A stretch of DNA of 64,000 nucleotides from Lophium mytilinum (GCA_010093605.1 MU004192.1:938882-1002881); one strand, 5' to 3'. Shown: positions 11,527 through 24,514, counted from the stretch's first letter. Numbers and translations: made by a program. The notes: a model not told the origin generated them from the letters alone.

Positions 11527-13316
11527 CTAACCGCCCCTCCTGCCACCCCTCCGTCCCCTCCCGCTTCCCGTGCCTCGTACTGGTCCTGAATCCTCCCCAA
11601 TTTCAGAATATCCCGCACCACTCGCCGTCCTCCGCATCCCGACACCACCGAGCGAGCTGCCTTCACCAAACCGATTCATCGCCACGCCTCCAATTTCGCT
11701 AAAGCCACCCATACTGCTTTGCGCGCTCATTGTCACGCCTCCCATTCCGCTTAAGGCACCGCCAATGCCAACCTCCAGATGTGGTGCCACCGTCCGAATA
11801 CTTGTGGTGATCTCCGGGACTGGAGGTTGCCAACCGGGGGGCTGGTACTGATACTCGCGAGTTCTAAGGGGTGCGACGGCATCGGCGAGGAGTTTCTCGT
11901 TCAGCGCATCGTTCGCGGGCGCGTCCCGGAATATGATCATGAAATCCTGCTCCGCATCTTGAGCTTGCAAAGGCGCAGGACTCGGAGCAGCGGCATTTGG
12001 CTTCGAGCCGATGTTGGCTGGCAGTATTATTGGTTGTGCCGCAGTGAACGGATATGAGCGTGTAGCGAGGGACGCCAGATCACCTAAAGCGGAACGAGTC
12101 GCGCCGCGTGTTGCGTGGTGTGACTGCGACATGGTACGGAGCATGTCAGGTGGCCCTGGGGGCGAGTCCGACTCGTGGTCTATCTCGTTGGAATTGGCTT
12201 CGTTGTCGGAACCGTTGTCGTGGCTCACGCCATTCGTACCGTTCGTCGTGGGATCTTGAGAGGTTGTGTTATCTGCGTTCTTCATCTTAGCAAAGAAGTG
12301 TGCGGCTGCTATGGCAGCGTTGTTCATGGACATGGCGAGCTCCTTCTCGGTGAAGAGACGCTCTATCGAATATGCCGAGGCTTCGAACTGGGTGTGAATC
12401 GTCCTCGCCTTGGCGTCTCTGAAGGGCGAATTTGTTCCTAGGTCCGCGTTCCTGCCAGATGGTCCTGGAGAGCCATTGTCTTCTGCCTCAAACAGCTTCC
12501 GCTTCTTCTTGTTCTCATTTGCGGCCGCTGCTCCCGCCAGATCGTCTGGGTCGATTCGATGTCTTGTATGCCGCGTTTTCCGATTGCTCTGGACACCTCC
12601 GGGGCTGGCGGGGTTTGTTATGCTGAATTGGTTGGGATGGAGGAGCAGCGCATTGCTGTCTGCTAGGTCGAGCTGCTCTTTTTCGCGTAGCAATCGCGCT
12701 CTGCGCGCCGTGATGCTCTGGGTGAGGCGCTCGCGCACCGTCGCAGCCAGAAGTCGGTGCTCTTCCTCGGCGACGCGAACCTTGTATTGGTGTGTGTTCT
12801 CGTGCTCTAGTCTAGCGCTTTGGTGCTTATTCTGTGGATTGAAGCCTGATTAGCGATTGTATAGTGGACGAGTGGAAGGGTTTGAGGTCGGGTACGCACC
12901 CAAAGCATGGTCAAGTTGTAGTCTCTTTCCTCCATAGCATCGTTGACGGCTTCCACGAATCGTGAGTAGTATGATCCCACTTGAGCGACGTAGTCTGTCT
13001 CCGCACTTGGCGCTGGGCGTGTGTGGTTGCCCAAGATGGTCTGAATGAGCTCGGCGGCTTCTTCACCACTGTCCTCCAAAGGTTTGTTCGCGTACGGGTC
13101 AGCCCGCATGATCAAGTTCATGTCAGCCTGTACCGCAGCCAGCTGGGCCTTGTAGTGGGTGTCCCTGTTGTCCGCGAAGGATGCCACCATCTCCTGAAGC
13201 TTGTCCGAGAGCATGTTCCTCCGTTTGTCCCGCTTCGACACCTGCGGCTGCGGGGAGGTTGCGGAGTGGCCCAACGGGAAGCCGTCGGCTGGCGAAATAC
13301 TGCGATTCCGCGCCAT
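11527..13316 (-). CDS. SDS3: Sds3-like subunit of the Rpd3L histone deacetylase complex; exons 13316-12900, 12831-11527
   Basis: SKRDKRRNMLSDKLQEMVASFADNRDTHYKAQL and the coiled coil EEEHRLLAATVRERLTQSITARRARLLREKEQLDLADSNALLLHPNQF. Intron GTGCGT..GCTAAT..CAG at 12832-12899. Confidence 0.8.
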
Positions 13317-13895
13317 AGTGTCCCAGGGTGTGGTATGCAATACCGGGCGGGTTCTGCAAGGAAGGGTGCGGTGGTGAGGGAGAGCGGCCAGAAGCTAGAT
13401 CGTAGGTGTCTATCTCGCGAGAGCTTCTGTGTCAGACTAGGGTTAGCTAGAGCATGTCCAGCAAGGTTTTGAGGTTTGTAAGAGGGGTAGGTAGACGTTT
13501 TGGACAATTGACAACATAAAGCTAGGAATCATCCGCTGCCCATGACCCGTTCGTGCTCATGCTTTGAGCCTAGCGCCGGCTGTGGATTCTTCACTTTCTT
13601 GGTCCGTGCGGACCCTGGCACGTGACGCAACCACTGCACAATACAGGCACAATTATCACTAAGCGGATTGTGCTTCAGATGAGCTGACAGAGTATCAACA
13701 TAATGGTTCACGTCTGAGTGGTCTTCAATTTCTAGTAGTCGTTCACATTCATGGTTTAACTCATGCCAAGCGGAGGCCATCATGCTAAACTACAAGCAAG
13801 CAGAGTCAATTGAAACGCTCAGCATAGTGGTGTACAAGAAAGAGAAGAAGAAACAGAACGAAACCCTGGCTAAAGCCCACAGCGCCTCCAGCCCG

Positions 13896-14612
13896 CTACT
13901 GAATTGTGGTGTTCGTGCCTGCAATCTCTAAGAGCTTCGGGTGCGCCTCCAAGTCCGCTGGATGTGAAAGATCCCGACACATTCCACCCATGCAAAGCAG
14001 CCCGGGGCAGCAACCATGGCCATTGTAGAGGTGACCTACGCAGCCTCCTTGTGCAGATACACAATCCTCAGTCCTCCGTTTGTGGCCGCAATCACCGGGT
14101 TCTGCCAGACCACAGAGCGTCAAAGTAATAGACAGACCATATTGGCATTGAGTGGTCCCATTGCCGGTTCCCTTCGGATCCTTCCAGTTGACGCCAGTCG
14201 GCCAAGTGATGTCGTCTCCGCAGCCGGTCACCGATAATGGGCTTCCGTCAAAGGGATGTCCGTTGAGTTCGTGGAGGTTCATCCAAAGCTTGGGTGGCTC
14301 GGCGTTGTACTGCAGCAGGAGCTGTGGAGAGTTTTTGACGAAGAGGCCATTGGGTTCGCGGGTGATCTTGATGGCAACGCCAGCCCTTTTTTTCGCATCG
14401 ACGTGCTTCCTGCCATCGACGTGGATATCTTCGGTGTATTCCTCATTGGGCTGGACAACCTCAGGGCCGCTGGACTTGCTGTCGACGGTCCAGATGTAGA
14501 CCGGTTTGTCACACTCGTTCCTGACATTGGCGGTACCTTTGCTGGCGACTGCTGGGATGGATGAAAGAACCGAGAGGAGACAGACAGACGACAGGATCAT
14601 GGTGGAGTGCAT
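13896..14612 (-). CDS. secreted Bys1-domain protein with a C-terminal cysteine-knot-like module
   Basis: Hydrophobic signal peptide (MILSSVCLLSVLSSIPAVAS). Bys1-type core GTANVRNECDKPVYIWTV...GVAIKIT...GL...SPQ...Y...GHPF...ITWP.G...TLTLC. Followed by KRR and C-x6-C-x9-CC-x4-C-x4-C. Confidence 0.8.
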   Translation of the reverse strand: MHSTMILSSVCLLSVLSSIPAVASKGTANVRNECDKPVYIWTVDSKSSGPEVVQPNEEYTEDIHVDGRKHVDAKKRAGVAIKITREPNGLFVKNSPQLLLQYNAEPPKLWMNLHELNGHPFDGSPLSVTGCGDDITWPTGVNWKDPKGTGNGTTQCQYGLSITLTLCGLAEPGDCGHKRRTEDCVSAQGGCVGHLYNGHGCCPGLLCMGGMCRDLSHPADLEAHPKLLEIAGTNTTIQ

Positions 14613-15430
14613 CTTTGCCAAGTCAGTGAAAGCATCGGTGAGATGTAGAAGGGGCTTACTGCGTCAGGCCCAGACGGCCGTTGAAGTAGCCTAGTGGTAC
14701 TGCAGAGTTGGAGACGGTTGAGGATGGGATTGTGGCGAGCGGACGAGAGGCGAGAGGGTGAGACAGGCGATGACGAGACGATAGAGCTCCGAGAGTGATG
14801 ATGATGCTAATGAGTTGCGGAGCTTATCGAGTAATACTCTTGGTGGGAAAACTGTTGTTTGGAATGTGAGGGAGAAAGGGAAGAGGTGGGCGAGCACCAT
14901 TATTTATTTACAAGACGGCAGGCTCGTGCCTACCATCTGCTCATCGACCTCCTCCTTCCAGTTGTTGTGTTTGGGTAGGGCTATTTTCTCGTCTTTGCTG
15001 CTACCAACCGATGAGGAGGAAGGAGTGTTGCCCAAAGAGAAGCAATGGTTTGCTTTGCCAGGCGCCAACCCGGGTAGTTTCGCACACAATTGCTATCTTG
15101 TTCCCGAATACAGTCTACCACTTGAATCCGCCAGTCGAGAACTAAGTTAGTACTCCTAGAAGAGCGGCAGGCACGAAAGGAAGTTACTTGTAGAAGCCGA
15201 AGCTATATTGACAGGAGTGGGAAGCGTCGAGTCACATGTCCTATGAGAGGGCACGGGGAAAACTTGCAAGTCTTCAGGTACCCGTTAGAATGTATGGAAA
15301 AACAATGAGATACATGAATCATCAATTAGTCGAAAACTTTTCATTTCGCAGCACATATGTCCTCGAACGGGAACGGGAACGCCCCTCAGCCTGCATATAC
15401 TGTGCTACACCACCTTCCTTTCACGATCTT

Positions 15431-15963
15431 TCATTGCTGTGACAAATTAGTTTCAGTCTGTAGTTGTAATGGAAGAGTAAACGGTGAGGTACCGTCTGAC
15501 CACACAGAGCCAGCCAAAGGCTGGTGTCATCAGCACACGCCTGCGTTTGGCTACCAGCTGGAGGAATTCCCTCGGGCCAAGCGATGGACGGGCACTCTTG
15601 TTTGGCATACAGTAAAACGGTCTCATTCGCAAAAGGATCTCCAAAGACATCAGAGAGATCATAATAAACGGTGTGGTTTGCCGTGTCCAGAGCGTATGCG
15701 AAATTCAGTTGCGGGCTAGCATCGTAGAGGCCATTGTCTTTCGTCGTGACTTTGATAGAAATGCCACCAGCCTTATCATCGTAGTGTATGCTTTCATTAT
15801 AGATGCTGTATTCATGGAGCGTAGTCTTGGGTCCAATGGCTGAGCCAACAGACCAGATGAAAATGTCGTGATCGCAGGCGTTGACGACGTATGCTATTCC
15901 TACTCCAAATATTGATGGGATTGACGCTGCGAGAGCGAAGATGATAGCTAGGAGAGAACGCAT
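15431..15963 (-). CDS. secreted Bys1-domain protein (canonical); probable terminal 6-nt exon 15436-15431
   Basis: Signal peptide plus AYVVNACDHDIFIWSVGS...GGISIKVT..DNGLY.ASPQLNFAY....VYYDLSDVFGDPF...CPSIAWPEG...LALC. An intron GTACCT..ACTAAT..CACAG would give the ending ...CGQT|Q*; the unspliced ORF ends at 15421. Confidence 0.88.
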
Positions 15964-17308
15964 AACGAGCTGAGGAGTAAGTATCGAAATGATCGTGTAC
16001 GAGAGAGAGACGAGAACTTGATAGAAAAGAACAAGACTTTATAGAACCTCATGGCCTTGAGATCATTTCGTGCCACCTTACATCAAAAAAACGCTGTGTG
16101 ATCTACAGCGCCTGGCGCATCCGGTGGCTTAGAATAGCGCGGAAATCATGCCACAGCTGGTATAAACGGGATTAGAGCGGAGGATGCCCTTTTCTGGACA
16201 CATTCTAACCAAATATGAGCTGGATCTGCTATATGTACAGTACCGGGAGGCGTTACGGTCCAAATTATCTCGGTTTGGCGACATTTTCGTGGCTTGATTT
16301 CCGCGCTAAGCCACCGGATGCGTCCAGGCGTTGTATAGAATACCAGTGTTTCGAGTTGAGACCCGGATTGCGCCCACGCTAAGCCACAGGTCATCAAGAG
16401 TACCTAAGGCTCTGGAAGGGTAATATTCGAGAGGCTAAACTGGAGCCAGGTGAGAAATCCAAGATTTGAAGCAGCGACATGATCCTGTCCAATCTATTCC
16501 AAACCGTTCTGAATATGCGACGAGCTTGGTGTCACCAAGAGACCGAATCGCTGGCAGGCAGAAAGGAGTTGGTGAAAATACTCGCGCGAGTACTCTCACA
16601 ACTAACGCAATGCATGGTACTGTGTGCTTGTAGTTTGTATGTACCTTGCCGCAACTGTGAAGATTGTCTTCTAAAACGTGAAAGTCGTACCAGAACTCTA
16701 CCATGCTACTCATAGGGAGTGTTGATGGAGCCGTCATACTGAATTCATACCAATACCCTCATGGCATAGGTCCTCATCTTCTCTTGACCGTATGGTGATG
16801 TCTATGCCCATTGACGGGGAAGTCGGCTCTAGATGCAACCTCAAGATGCAGTTCTAAGGGAATTTCGGGATATCTTGGATTATGCGGTCATACAAGATCC
16901 CTTACATTTTAAAGGAACGTCGCACGGCTGCGGGTGACAGCCCCTTCGGTGTCGCTGATGAACGAGGCAAAGGGACTTGTGCAGGTCGATGCCAGGGGCA
17001 GTAAATTACGGCAGACGATACCATACACTCACTTCTCGTATGCCGTACGTGTATGTAAGCTAATCCTTCGGAGCGGTGCAAGTCTTTCGATCGCCGAATG
17101 GTCCCCTTGAAACGCAGCGCGTGAAGAAAGCCGGCGGCAACGAAAACACCATGTGTTCTGTATCGTCTCCCCTCCCGTTAATTGTTCGTGATCATACTCC
17201 ACGGGATCCAGGATAGCTCCTCGTCTACTTCAAAGTAATCCAAGTCGTAATCTAGTGTCCACAACAACCTACAAGCTAAGCGCCGCAATATATCCGCCAA
17301 CCACCACA

Positions 17309-18525
17309 ATGATCCAAACGATTCCCGCGAAGATGCCCGAAGGCGCAACCATATCAGGCACTGAGAAGCCATGGCACCATTACCTAACCATCGACATCAT
17401 CGTCAATGTTCTCAGCTACACGGTTCTACACCCATTCGTCGCGTGGATGATACCCCTCTGTCTTCGCGCCCAGGCAACCCCGTACGACCACCCGTCCATG
17501 CATGTCACTGTCGCATGGGCGTCCTTGCTTACGATCTACGGTATCTTGGGCCTAATCAACGACCGAATCGCCTACGGCCCGCCGCGCGAAGTCGATCTCA
17601 GCGAGGAGGTGATCGTGATAACGGGCGGGGCAAGTGGGCTGGGCGCGTTGATCGCCGAGGTGTACGGGATGCGGAATGCGAATATTGCTGTGTTGGATGT
17701 AAAGAAGTTCTCCGAGGACGAGGCTGAGGAGAAGGGCATTGCGTACTATGAATGTGATGTGGGAGACCCAAAGCAGGTGGAGGCTGCGGGGAAGCGAATC
17801 GTCGAAGAAGTATGCGATCTTGAATGTCACTTTGAGACTGGAGCAGTGCTGACTTGAGCCTGTACAGCTTGGTGTCCCTACGATTCTAATCAACAATGCT
17901 GGCATTGTTCATGGCAAACCGCTGCTGGAGCTTTCATCTGAGGAGATAGAGAGGTGCTCACGACTCATCGTACTCAAGTATGCATAAGCTAACTTACTCC
18001 AGAACATTCCGAATCAACACACTGTCCCACTTCCACACCCTTAAAACGTTCCTCCCGGGCATGCTCCAAGAAGAACGAGGCACCATAGTCACAGTTTCCA
18101 GCGTACTTGGTCATCTTGGCGCGGCGAATCTGGCAGACTACACAGCCTCAAAAGCTGCTCTCCTCGCCATGCATGCCTCTCTAGAAGCCGAACTCGCTAG
18201 GGACCCAAGAGGCCAATACATCCGCACAATCCTCTGCAAACCAGGCCAGCTTTCCACAACCATGTTCGCGAGCGTGAAAACGCCGTCGAGCTTTCTGGCC
18301 CCAGTTCTAGCACCGGTGGATGTAGCCAAGGAGATCATTCGTCTAGTAGATGGAGGTCGGGGCGGCACTATTGCGGTACCGCTTTACGCGAGATGGATTG
18401 ATATTCTAGGCGTGTTGCCAGCCGGTATGCAATATCTAGTGCGGCGGTGGAGCGGCGTTGACAACGCCATGGCGGGCGTCAAGCCAAGCTCAGCTAAGAA
18501 GTTTGAGACTGAAAAGCAGGGATGA
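17309..18525 (+). CDS. short-chain dehydrogenase/reductase with N-terminal membrane segments (Tda5/retinol-dehydrogenase-like), 2 introns
   Basis: VITGGASGLG Rossmann motif, YECDVGD, LINNAGI (middle exon ~17868-17953), TVSSVLG and catalytic YTASK. Confidence 0.9.
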
Positions 18526-18620
18526 GAACCAGCTACGACGCATATTGTAGAGTATAAGATATGTATGTACAATATAACGAGAAAGCAATGCAATGATCAT
18601 CAACCAAACTTGAGCATTTA

Positions 18621-19567
18621 TCATTTCACGATTTCCCTGACCAGCTCAATTGCTTTCTCCGCCAGCAGCTGTGCATCCGGCGGAAATCTTCCGCTGAGAT
18701 AATTGTACTTCTCATCAGCAACAACAAACCTAAATCACAAATGTCAGCACTCCACACCCTGACCGAGCCACGCAACAACTTACGGACTCCCAGAAAGGCT
18801 GCTCTTATATTGCGTCTCCGGCTCCCGCATCCTACCCCTCACCGCCGCCTCCACACTCTCACTTCCAGCCCCATACGTCTTATAGTAATCCCCGAGCACT
18901 GCCCTCGTCGCCCAGAAGATTCCCTGCTCCATGGTCCCCGGCAACGCCGTGGTCGTGACATCATACAGAACGCTTTTCCCATCCGGACCCTTTGCTTCAG
19001 ACAGCCCGAGTACTCCGTGGCAGATCGCCGCCACGGCCTTCGCGGATTTCGAGGTCTTCAGAGTCTGAGGGAAGTACGCTGCGAGCTGGGATTGGATGAC
19101 AGGAGAATCGATGACTTGGCGGACGCCCTTTTCGTGGCCGCCGGGGAGGAAGACGAGGTTGTAGGGGGATAGCGTAAAATTGGGGGTGCTCCAAGAGATG
19201 GGGGATGTGAATGAGGAGGCGGACGACATCTCTTTATAGAGGTTCAGCGTTGCTTGATTGGCTCCCTAATGGCGTAAGACTCTAGATTCAGGTCGTGTGC
19301 GCTTTGAGGAGGGGCGACTGGGGGAGACCGACGAGGAGCTTCTGTGTCCATCCTTCGAGCATCTTCTTGTCGCACTCAGGCGCTTTCCCTACTTCGGTTG
19401 CGAAAGAGACATCGAAGCCTGCATCTTTGAATGCTGCGTATGGGACGGCGGTCTCTGTGATGCATCAATTTCGGAACATGCATTAAGAAGAGGTGATCAG
19501 TGCTACCGGTAGGATCATGGCCGTAATCGGCCATCAAGAAGATAACCTTGGGAGTGGTTGATGCCAT
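18621..19567 (-). CDS. DJ-1/PfpI (class I glutamine amidotransferase-like) protein, 3 introns
   Basis: KVIFLMADYGHDPT|ETAVP (conserved Glu), VFLPGGH, nucleophile elbow AICHG, and last exon YNYLSGRFPPDA. Confidence 0.88.
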
Positions 19568-20345
19568 GATGTGCTTGAGGCAGTCTCGGAATCGAAAGAA
19601 ACAACGAGGTTAAGATGTAGTGGCCAATGAATAGAGTGACAATAAGATGTAAACGAGTTGCAGACTTGGATAGAAATGAAATATAAGTATTCGATATCTA
19701 TCTGCCTTTGACTGGCGGATCGAAGTCCTGCGGTGAAACTATGTGGCTATACCTTGTACACGCACATGAAATATGTGGATACCCTGTGCTTAGACGAGTA
19801 AGTAGATTACGAGTTCAAATGATATGATATGTTAGGAGAGATGAAAGGTCGCGAACGTCCTCGGCTCCTTTCAGATTAGAATGTCGTCAGACCTCCAACG
19901 CTTCTCCTCTTGCCGCACTTGTATTAGCGTGAAACCTTTTTTCTGAAGATAGTCCACTAAATATAGCTTAATCCGCGTCCCGCGTATATTTAGGAAGCGA
20001 GAAATAGTATCGTTATCTGGCGGAGGGCTCAGGAATAGGTATAGATATTGGAATCGTGCCGCCCAGTCACTCTCTTCATATCATAGAGTATTAGAAACCG
20101 TTCTCTCTACGGTAGAGTTATTCTCTACTGAATTCTTAGCAGATCCGAAGGATTTTACTTGAATCTCAATATTTATAGCCCGGAGGCCATATAATATTGA
20201 TAGGAGCACCCATAGGGACTATTCCACTTCTGACACAATGGGCCCCCAAACACGACCCATTATTTTTCTCCACTCAACGAGCACTTCGTCAAGTATTCGT
20301 AACCTCATTACTCATCAGCCAGCTATGCAGACCCAACGGAGCTTC

Positions 20346-21106
20346 TCATCCAGTCGGGCTTGCAAGCCTCTTCTCCTTTTTGCCCTTCTCCTGGTCTCTA
20401 ATCTCCGCCAGCTCCTCTTTCGTCGAGTTGAACTTGCCAGCCACTTGATTGAACGGATTGTCAGGATGTTTCTCAAACTCCTTCCTAATCTGATCAATCT
20501 TCTGGTTCCGTCGCAGGCCCTTCTCATCCTTCATCTCCTCCATCCTCCTCTCCTCAAACACCGTGTAAGCCGCCTTAAATCGCCTCTCCGGATGCCTCTC
20601 AACCTTGTCGTTGGAATCGGCCGCTACGTCAAGCGCATCCAAAGCATTCTCGATACCGGTCGCGTTGAGTGCCGAAGGCTTGTCGAAAGATCCCAGTGCA
20701 TTGTCGATGCCTTTTGTCTTCTTCTGCGCGGTTTTGGCATTGCCAGTTTTGGCTTTGGGTAGAGACGCTTCCTCCTCTTTTAGCAGGGCATCTTTTTCGG
20801 CCTTCTTCCGGGCGGCTTCGGCGGCTTTAGCAGCAGCTGCTTCACTGTAGAGGGGTAATAATGTCAGCAAGTGCCATGATTAACGCAAAGGCTGCATCTA
20901 AGCACAGCTTAGGGCGGGCTTCGTGGCCTCTCAGGTGGTGGTACTTACGCCTTCGAATTTGACTTCGAGCCCTTGGTCCACTCCTTGTCCTCTTCAGCGG
21001 CCTTCTGGTTGTCTTTCGCGGCTTGCTTTGCTTGGGCAGCATCTGCCTTGCGGGCCTGACCAGCTGCTTTCTTCGAGCCCTCGCCAGCGACTTTCTTTGG
21101 TGCCAT
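20346..21106 (-). CDS. LSO2: CCDC124/Lso2 (DUF1014) ribosome-associated factor, 1 intron
   Basis: MAPKKVAGEGSKKAAGQARKA...EWTKGSK, LNATGIENALDAL, ERHPERRFKAAY..FEE and KEFEKHPDNPFNQ. Confidence 0.88.
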
Positions 21107-22216
21107 GATGGGTATTACGGGTGGAGTATTAGACGAGTATGAGGAGAAGCTCAAGGTGGCGAAACGTTCTTTCGAGAGTCTGCTGAGCAAAGCTAGGGTG
21201 AATGCGCTGTGACTCGAATGTGGGGGCGGGATGAACTGTCCCTCGTTCGAGTTCTAGATGGTCTGTGCGCTATCGACTTTCACGCGTCGACTTCTCCTCC
21301 TCTCTCCTCCACCATCATCATTCGGCTTTGCATATTCCCTGTTACCATCTCTTAAGCACCTGCACATCTCTTCAATTAGCCTGGCTGTCTTCGAAGCAAC
21401 TCTCATTGCCCATCTTATCTCCGGGAATAGGTCGACGCGGCTGCACAAAGGACCTATTTTCGAAGCAATGCCTAGTTTCTCACCGCCTACCCATCCAATA
21501 CTAGTACTGTACCTGGACAATTGGTCGCTCGTGAGAGGCATGGATAGCAGCGTCAATCCGGATGGATTGCTGGAAATGGAAAGTGGTCCATGCGGCGGTG
21601 AATCAGTGTCGCAATTCTCAACTAACTCTCCTCTCCTGAACTTAAATGTCTAATGGCGTAGTCTAGTTCTATGTATGAAGCACTAGTTTCCTTTGTCATT
21701 CGATTCTTTGATTCCGTTCTTTTCGCTACTCTTGAACCCCAGCTTGTACTTCGACGGTGTTTGCGACTTCACGAAATGGGATAAGAGGGATCTATCCGCC
21801 TACAAATCAGGCCAAGCGAGTAAGTGTAAATTTAGAATGGCATACCATGATAGGCTGGATGATATTCTGTATCTTATTGGCTGATTCGCAAGCCACCCTA
21901 GTCATTTTCGTCCCACAACATCATCACATAATCACAAGAGTCCGAATCCTGCCCTATTTTTAATCTGTGGCTTTGGGAAGCAACGAGCAGAATGGTAGTG
22001 CAACACAAGGCTTAGAGCTCGACTGGATCCGAATTGTCGACGCCAAACGGTCACAAATATACATCCAGCTCGTTTTAGCTCTCCGAAATGCTGACGAGCC
22101 ATACTCAAGTATCTACCACACTAGGTCACCATAAATAGTTAAATACCGTCCCTCTCTGTTTCTGTTCAAGTTCAATTCGCACCTCAATACATACTCTGTC
22201 TTTAGTATACTCCAAG

Positions 22217-23331
22217 ATGGCATACTATCCTTCCTCTGCCCTGATACCGATCTACGCCATGTTTCTCAGTATCGGCATCATTTTCACAACTCTCCGCATC
22301 TACATCCGCTTCTATCACAAAATTTCCCCCTTTCAAACCCGCAATTCCTTCTCCCTAGACGACTTCTTCATTCTCATTGGCCTCATCGTTGTATCGACGT
22401 GTACAGCCATCCAATTCTACAACATCACACACGGAACTGCTGGCGGTGCCGTCTCAAATGCTACGAAAAACGAAGCAATTGTTATCGAATGGAAAGTCGA
22501 ATATGCGATGATGGCGATTGAGAAGGTAGCTTTTGGCGCTATCAAGTTATCACTGCTATTCTATTACAAGAGAATGTTTTGGTCCTACCAGAGTTTCAAC
22601 AGGATTAACAATATTCTTATTAGCTTGGTGGCATTATGGAGTGTAGCATTTCTTTTAGCAGACTTGCTCCTTTGTGGAAAACACTTCGAGCTGAACTTCG
22701 CCTTGGACCAGACAGTATCGCAGCAGAAGTGCGGCGATAAGGGCATGGTACTTGTTATGTTCGCAGCAACAAGTGTGCTCACTGATATATTTGTCGTGGG
22801 ACTCCCACTGCCGTATATTCGAAAGTTGAAGCTGGAAAGGCGGAAGAAGAGGGCGGTGTATTTCGTGTTCTTGTTGGGTGGAATGTGAGTGGTCCTTGAC
22901 TTCCCTCTTCCAAGATTGCCTTGATAGGAGAACGCTGACACGCACCCAGCTCTACAATTGCAGGCCTGCTCCGCTTCATTTTCCTCTGCGTGGCTTATCA
23001 GCTCGGCAGGCTCAAACGGGACTACAGAGCGCCTCCCGAAGCGAAAACACCCCATGTGCTTCAAGCCATCCAACCCACGTTCTGGGTGATGATGGAAATG
23101 CTGATCGGACTGTGGGCTGCCAACCTGCCTGCTCTTGCCCCACTGTTGCGCATTGCCCAAAAAGGATACCAGAACAGTAGCTGGTATGGCAAATTGCCGT
23201 CGTTTTCGAGATTCAGTGGCACAACGGACAGTGAGGAAAAGAAAGTTAAAGTCTATGAGGTGTTGAACAAGGACAGGTCGTTGGTGTCGTGGAAATCACG
23301 GGCGGGTTCCGATGATACAGAGGTGGTTTAG
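22217..23331 (+). CDS. Pth11-like (fungal rhodopsin-domain) 7TM membrane protein without CFEM, 1 intron (~22885-22949)
   Basis: LRIYIR..., LDDFFIL, IKLSLLFYYKRMF, TDIFVVGLPLPYIRKLKL...KK.AV..VFLLG, GLLRF and W..MEM.IGLWAANLP.L.PL are the PTH11-type signatures. Confidence 0.88.
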
Positions 23332-23968
23332 TCATCACTGGAAGTCGTTTCGCTTCGGTTTCATATTCTGTGTAACAATCTACAGATTTTAGAGAAGCCT
23401 GATGGTTGAGATTTTTTTGGACCTCAGTCTTGTCGCAGGAAACAAAACATTCTGGCAGGTTCAGACATTTGGGCGTGCAGCTTGCATGAGCCACTAGTTG
23501 TCGCCGACTCCGCAGCGCAAGAGGGCGTCGCCGCGTTCGCCGGCCGCACACCTAGTGGAAGCGTAAACAGCTTATTTAGTGAGTAGAAAGATGTGAGGTA
23601 GTGTCCACTTCGAAGAGTTATCCGGTAATGAAATGGTAAGCTTTACATCTAATAGTACGACATGTAGTCGCCTTTCGCAACGCAGAATAACCTCAACCTG
23701 CCACATCTCCTAGAACCACCTTCCCACAGCCATCGTGTGTCGAAGATCAACCTTCCAGCCTCATGATTTGTCTCCCGGTGTCTGACTAGCTTCCGCCCGC
23801 GCACAAATAGCGTCCTCTTTTCGAACGAGCGACCATGCTGTACAATCCCCCTCGCACCACAGAGCGCGCACACTCACAATAAGTAGAGACAAATAATGCT
23901 TTAACAAGTAAAACGCTAACTTTACCTCACCGATGCCGAACCATTACCACCTGGTCAGTTTAGCGGCC

Positions 23969-24226
23969 AATGAATACGATAACGGCAATGGTTACTTTGA
24001 TGCTATGTGGGGTAACTACAATGACGATTAAATTCACAAGGCGACTAGACGTGAATTACGAGATGTAGTGTACGAGTAGGAAGAAAAACTCGAGGAGGAG
24101 GATCGGACTAAGAAGCAGCACGCGAATGAAAAGATCCAGTTGAACTACCAGGTGACCACGCTTCAGCAACTCCTTGGGCGTGAGATTTGGTTGGCACCGT
24201 CGGGACAAACCCGTGGTTCTTGGTAA
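23969..24226 (+). pseudogene. possible decayed coding fragment with a coiled-coil-like stretch
   Basis: One frame reads NEYDNGNGYFDAMWGNYNDD*IHKATRRELRDVVYE*EEKLEEEDRTKKQHANEKIQLNYQVTTLQQLLGRE. Both internal stops (TAA 24029, TAG 24077) are one C>T change from Gln codons. Confidence 0.25.
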
Positions 24227-24514
24227 TGCCTCGGACCATGAGTGGATTTTGAAAAGCTAGCGAAAGATACGCCAATCCTACGACTCGCCATTCATCATGG
24301 CTGGTGTTTGACGCTGGCTTTTAGCTACCTTGCCGCTCACTCCAGTGCGCTGCCATTCGAGTGAGCTCATATCTGCATAAATCAATGCTGATTGTCAGAA
24401 AATCAACGGTCTGTTTTCAACTTGGGGGAGTACAAGTATCACACGAAAGTAAATAGCGAGGCTTGATTCATTTCTGCATCCGACTTTATCTAACGAGCCG
24501 CCCTTGTGCTGCAT

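Noticed and set aside
13529..13783. 84-aa minus-strand ORF between Bys1 and SDS3
   Set aside because: No motif, and it overlaps the expected Bys1 3' UTR and SDS3 promoter.
19600..20230. TpA-rich intergenic tract suggestive of a RIP-mutated repeat
   Set aside because: No termini, second copy or translatable TE domain visible.
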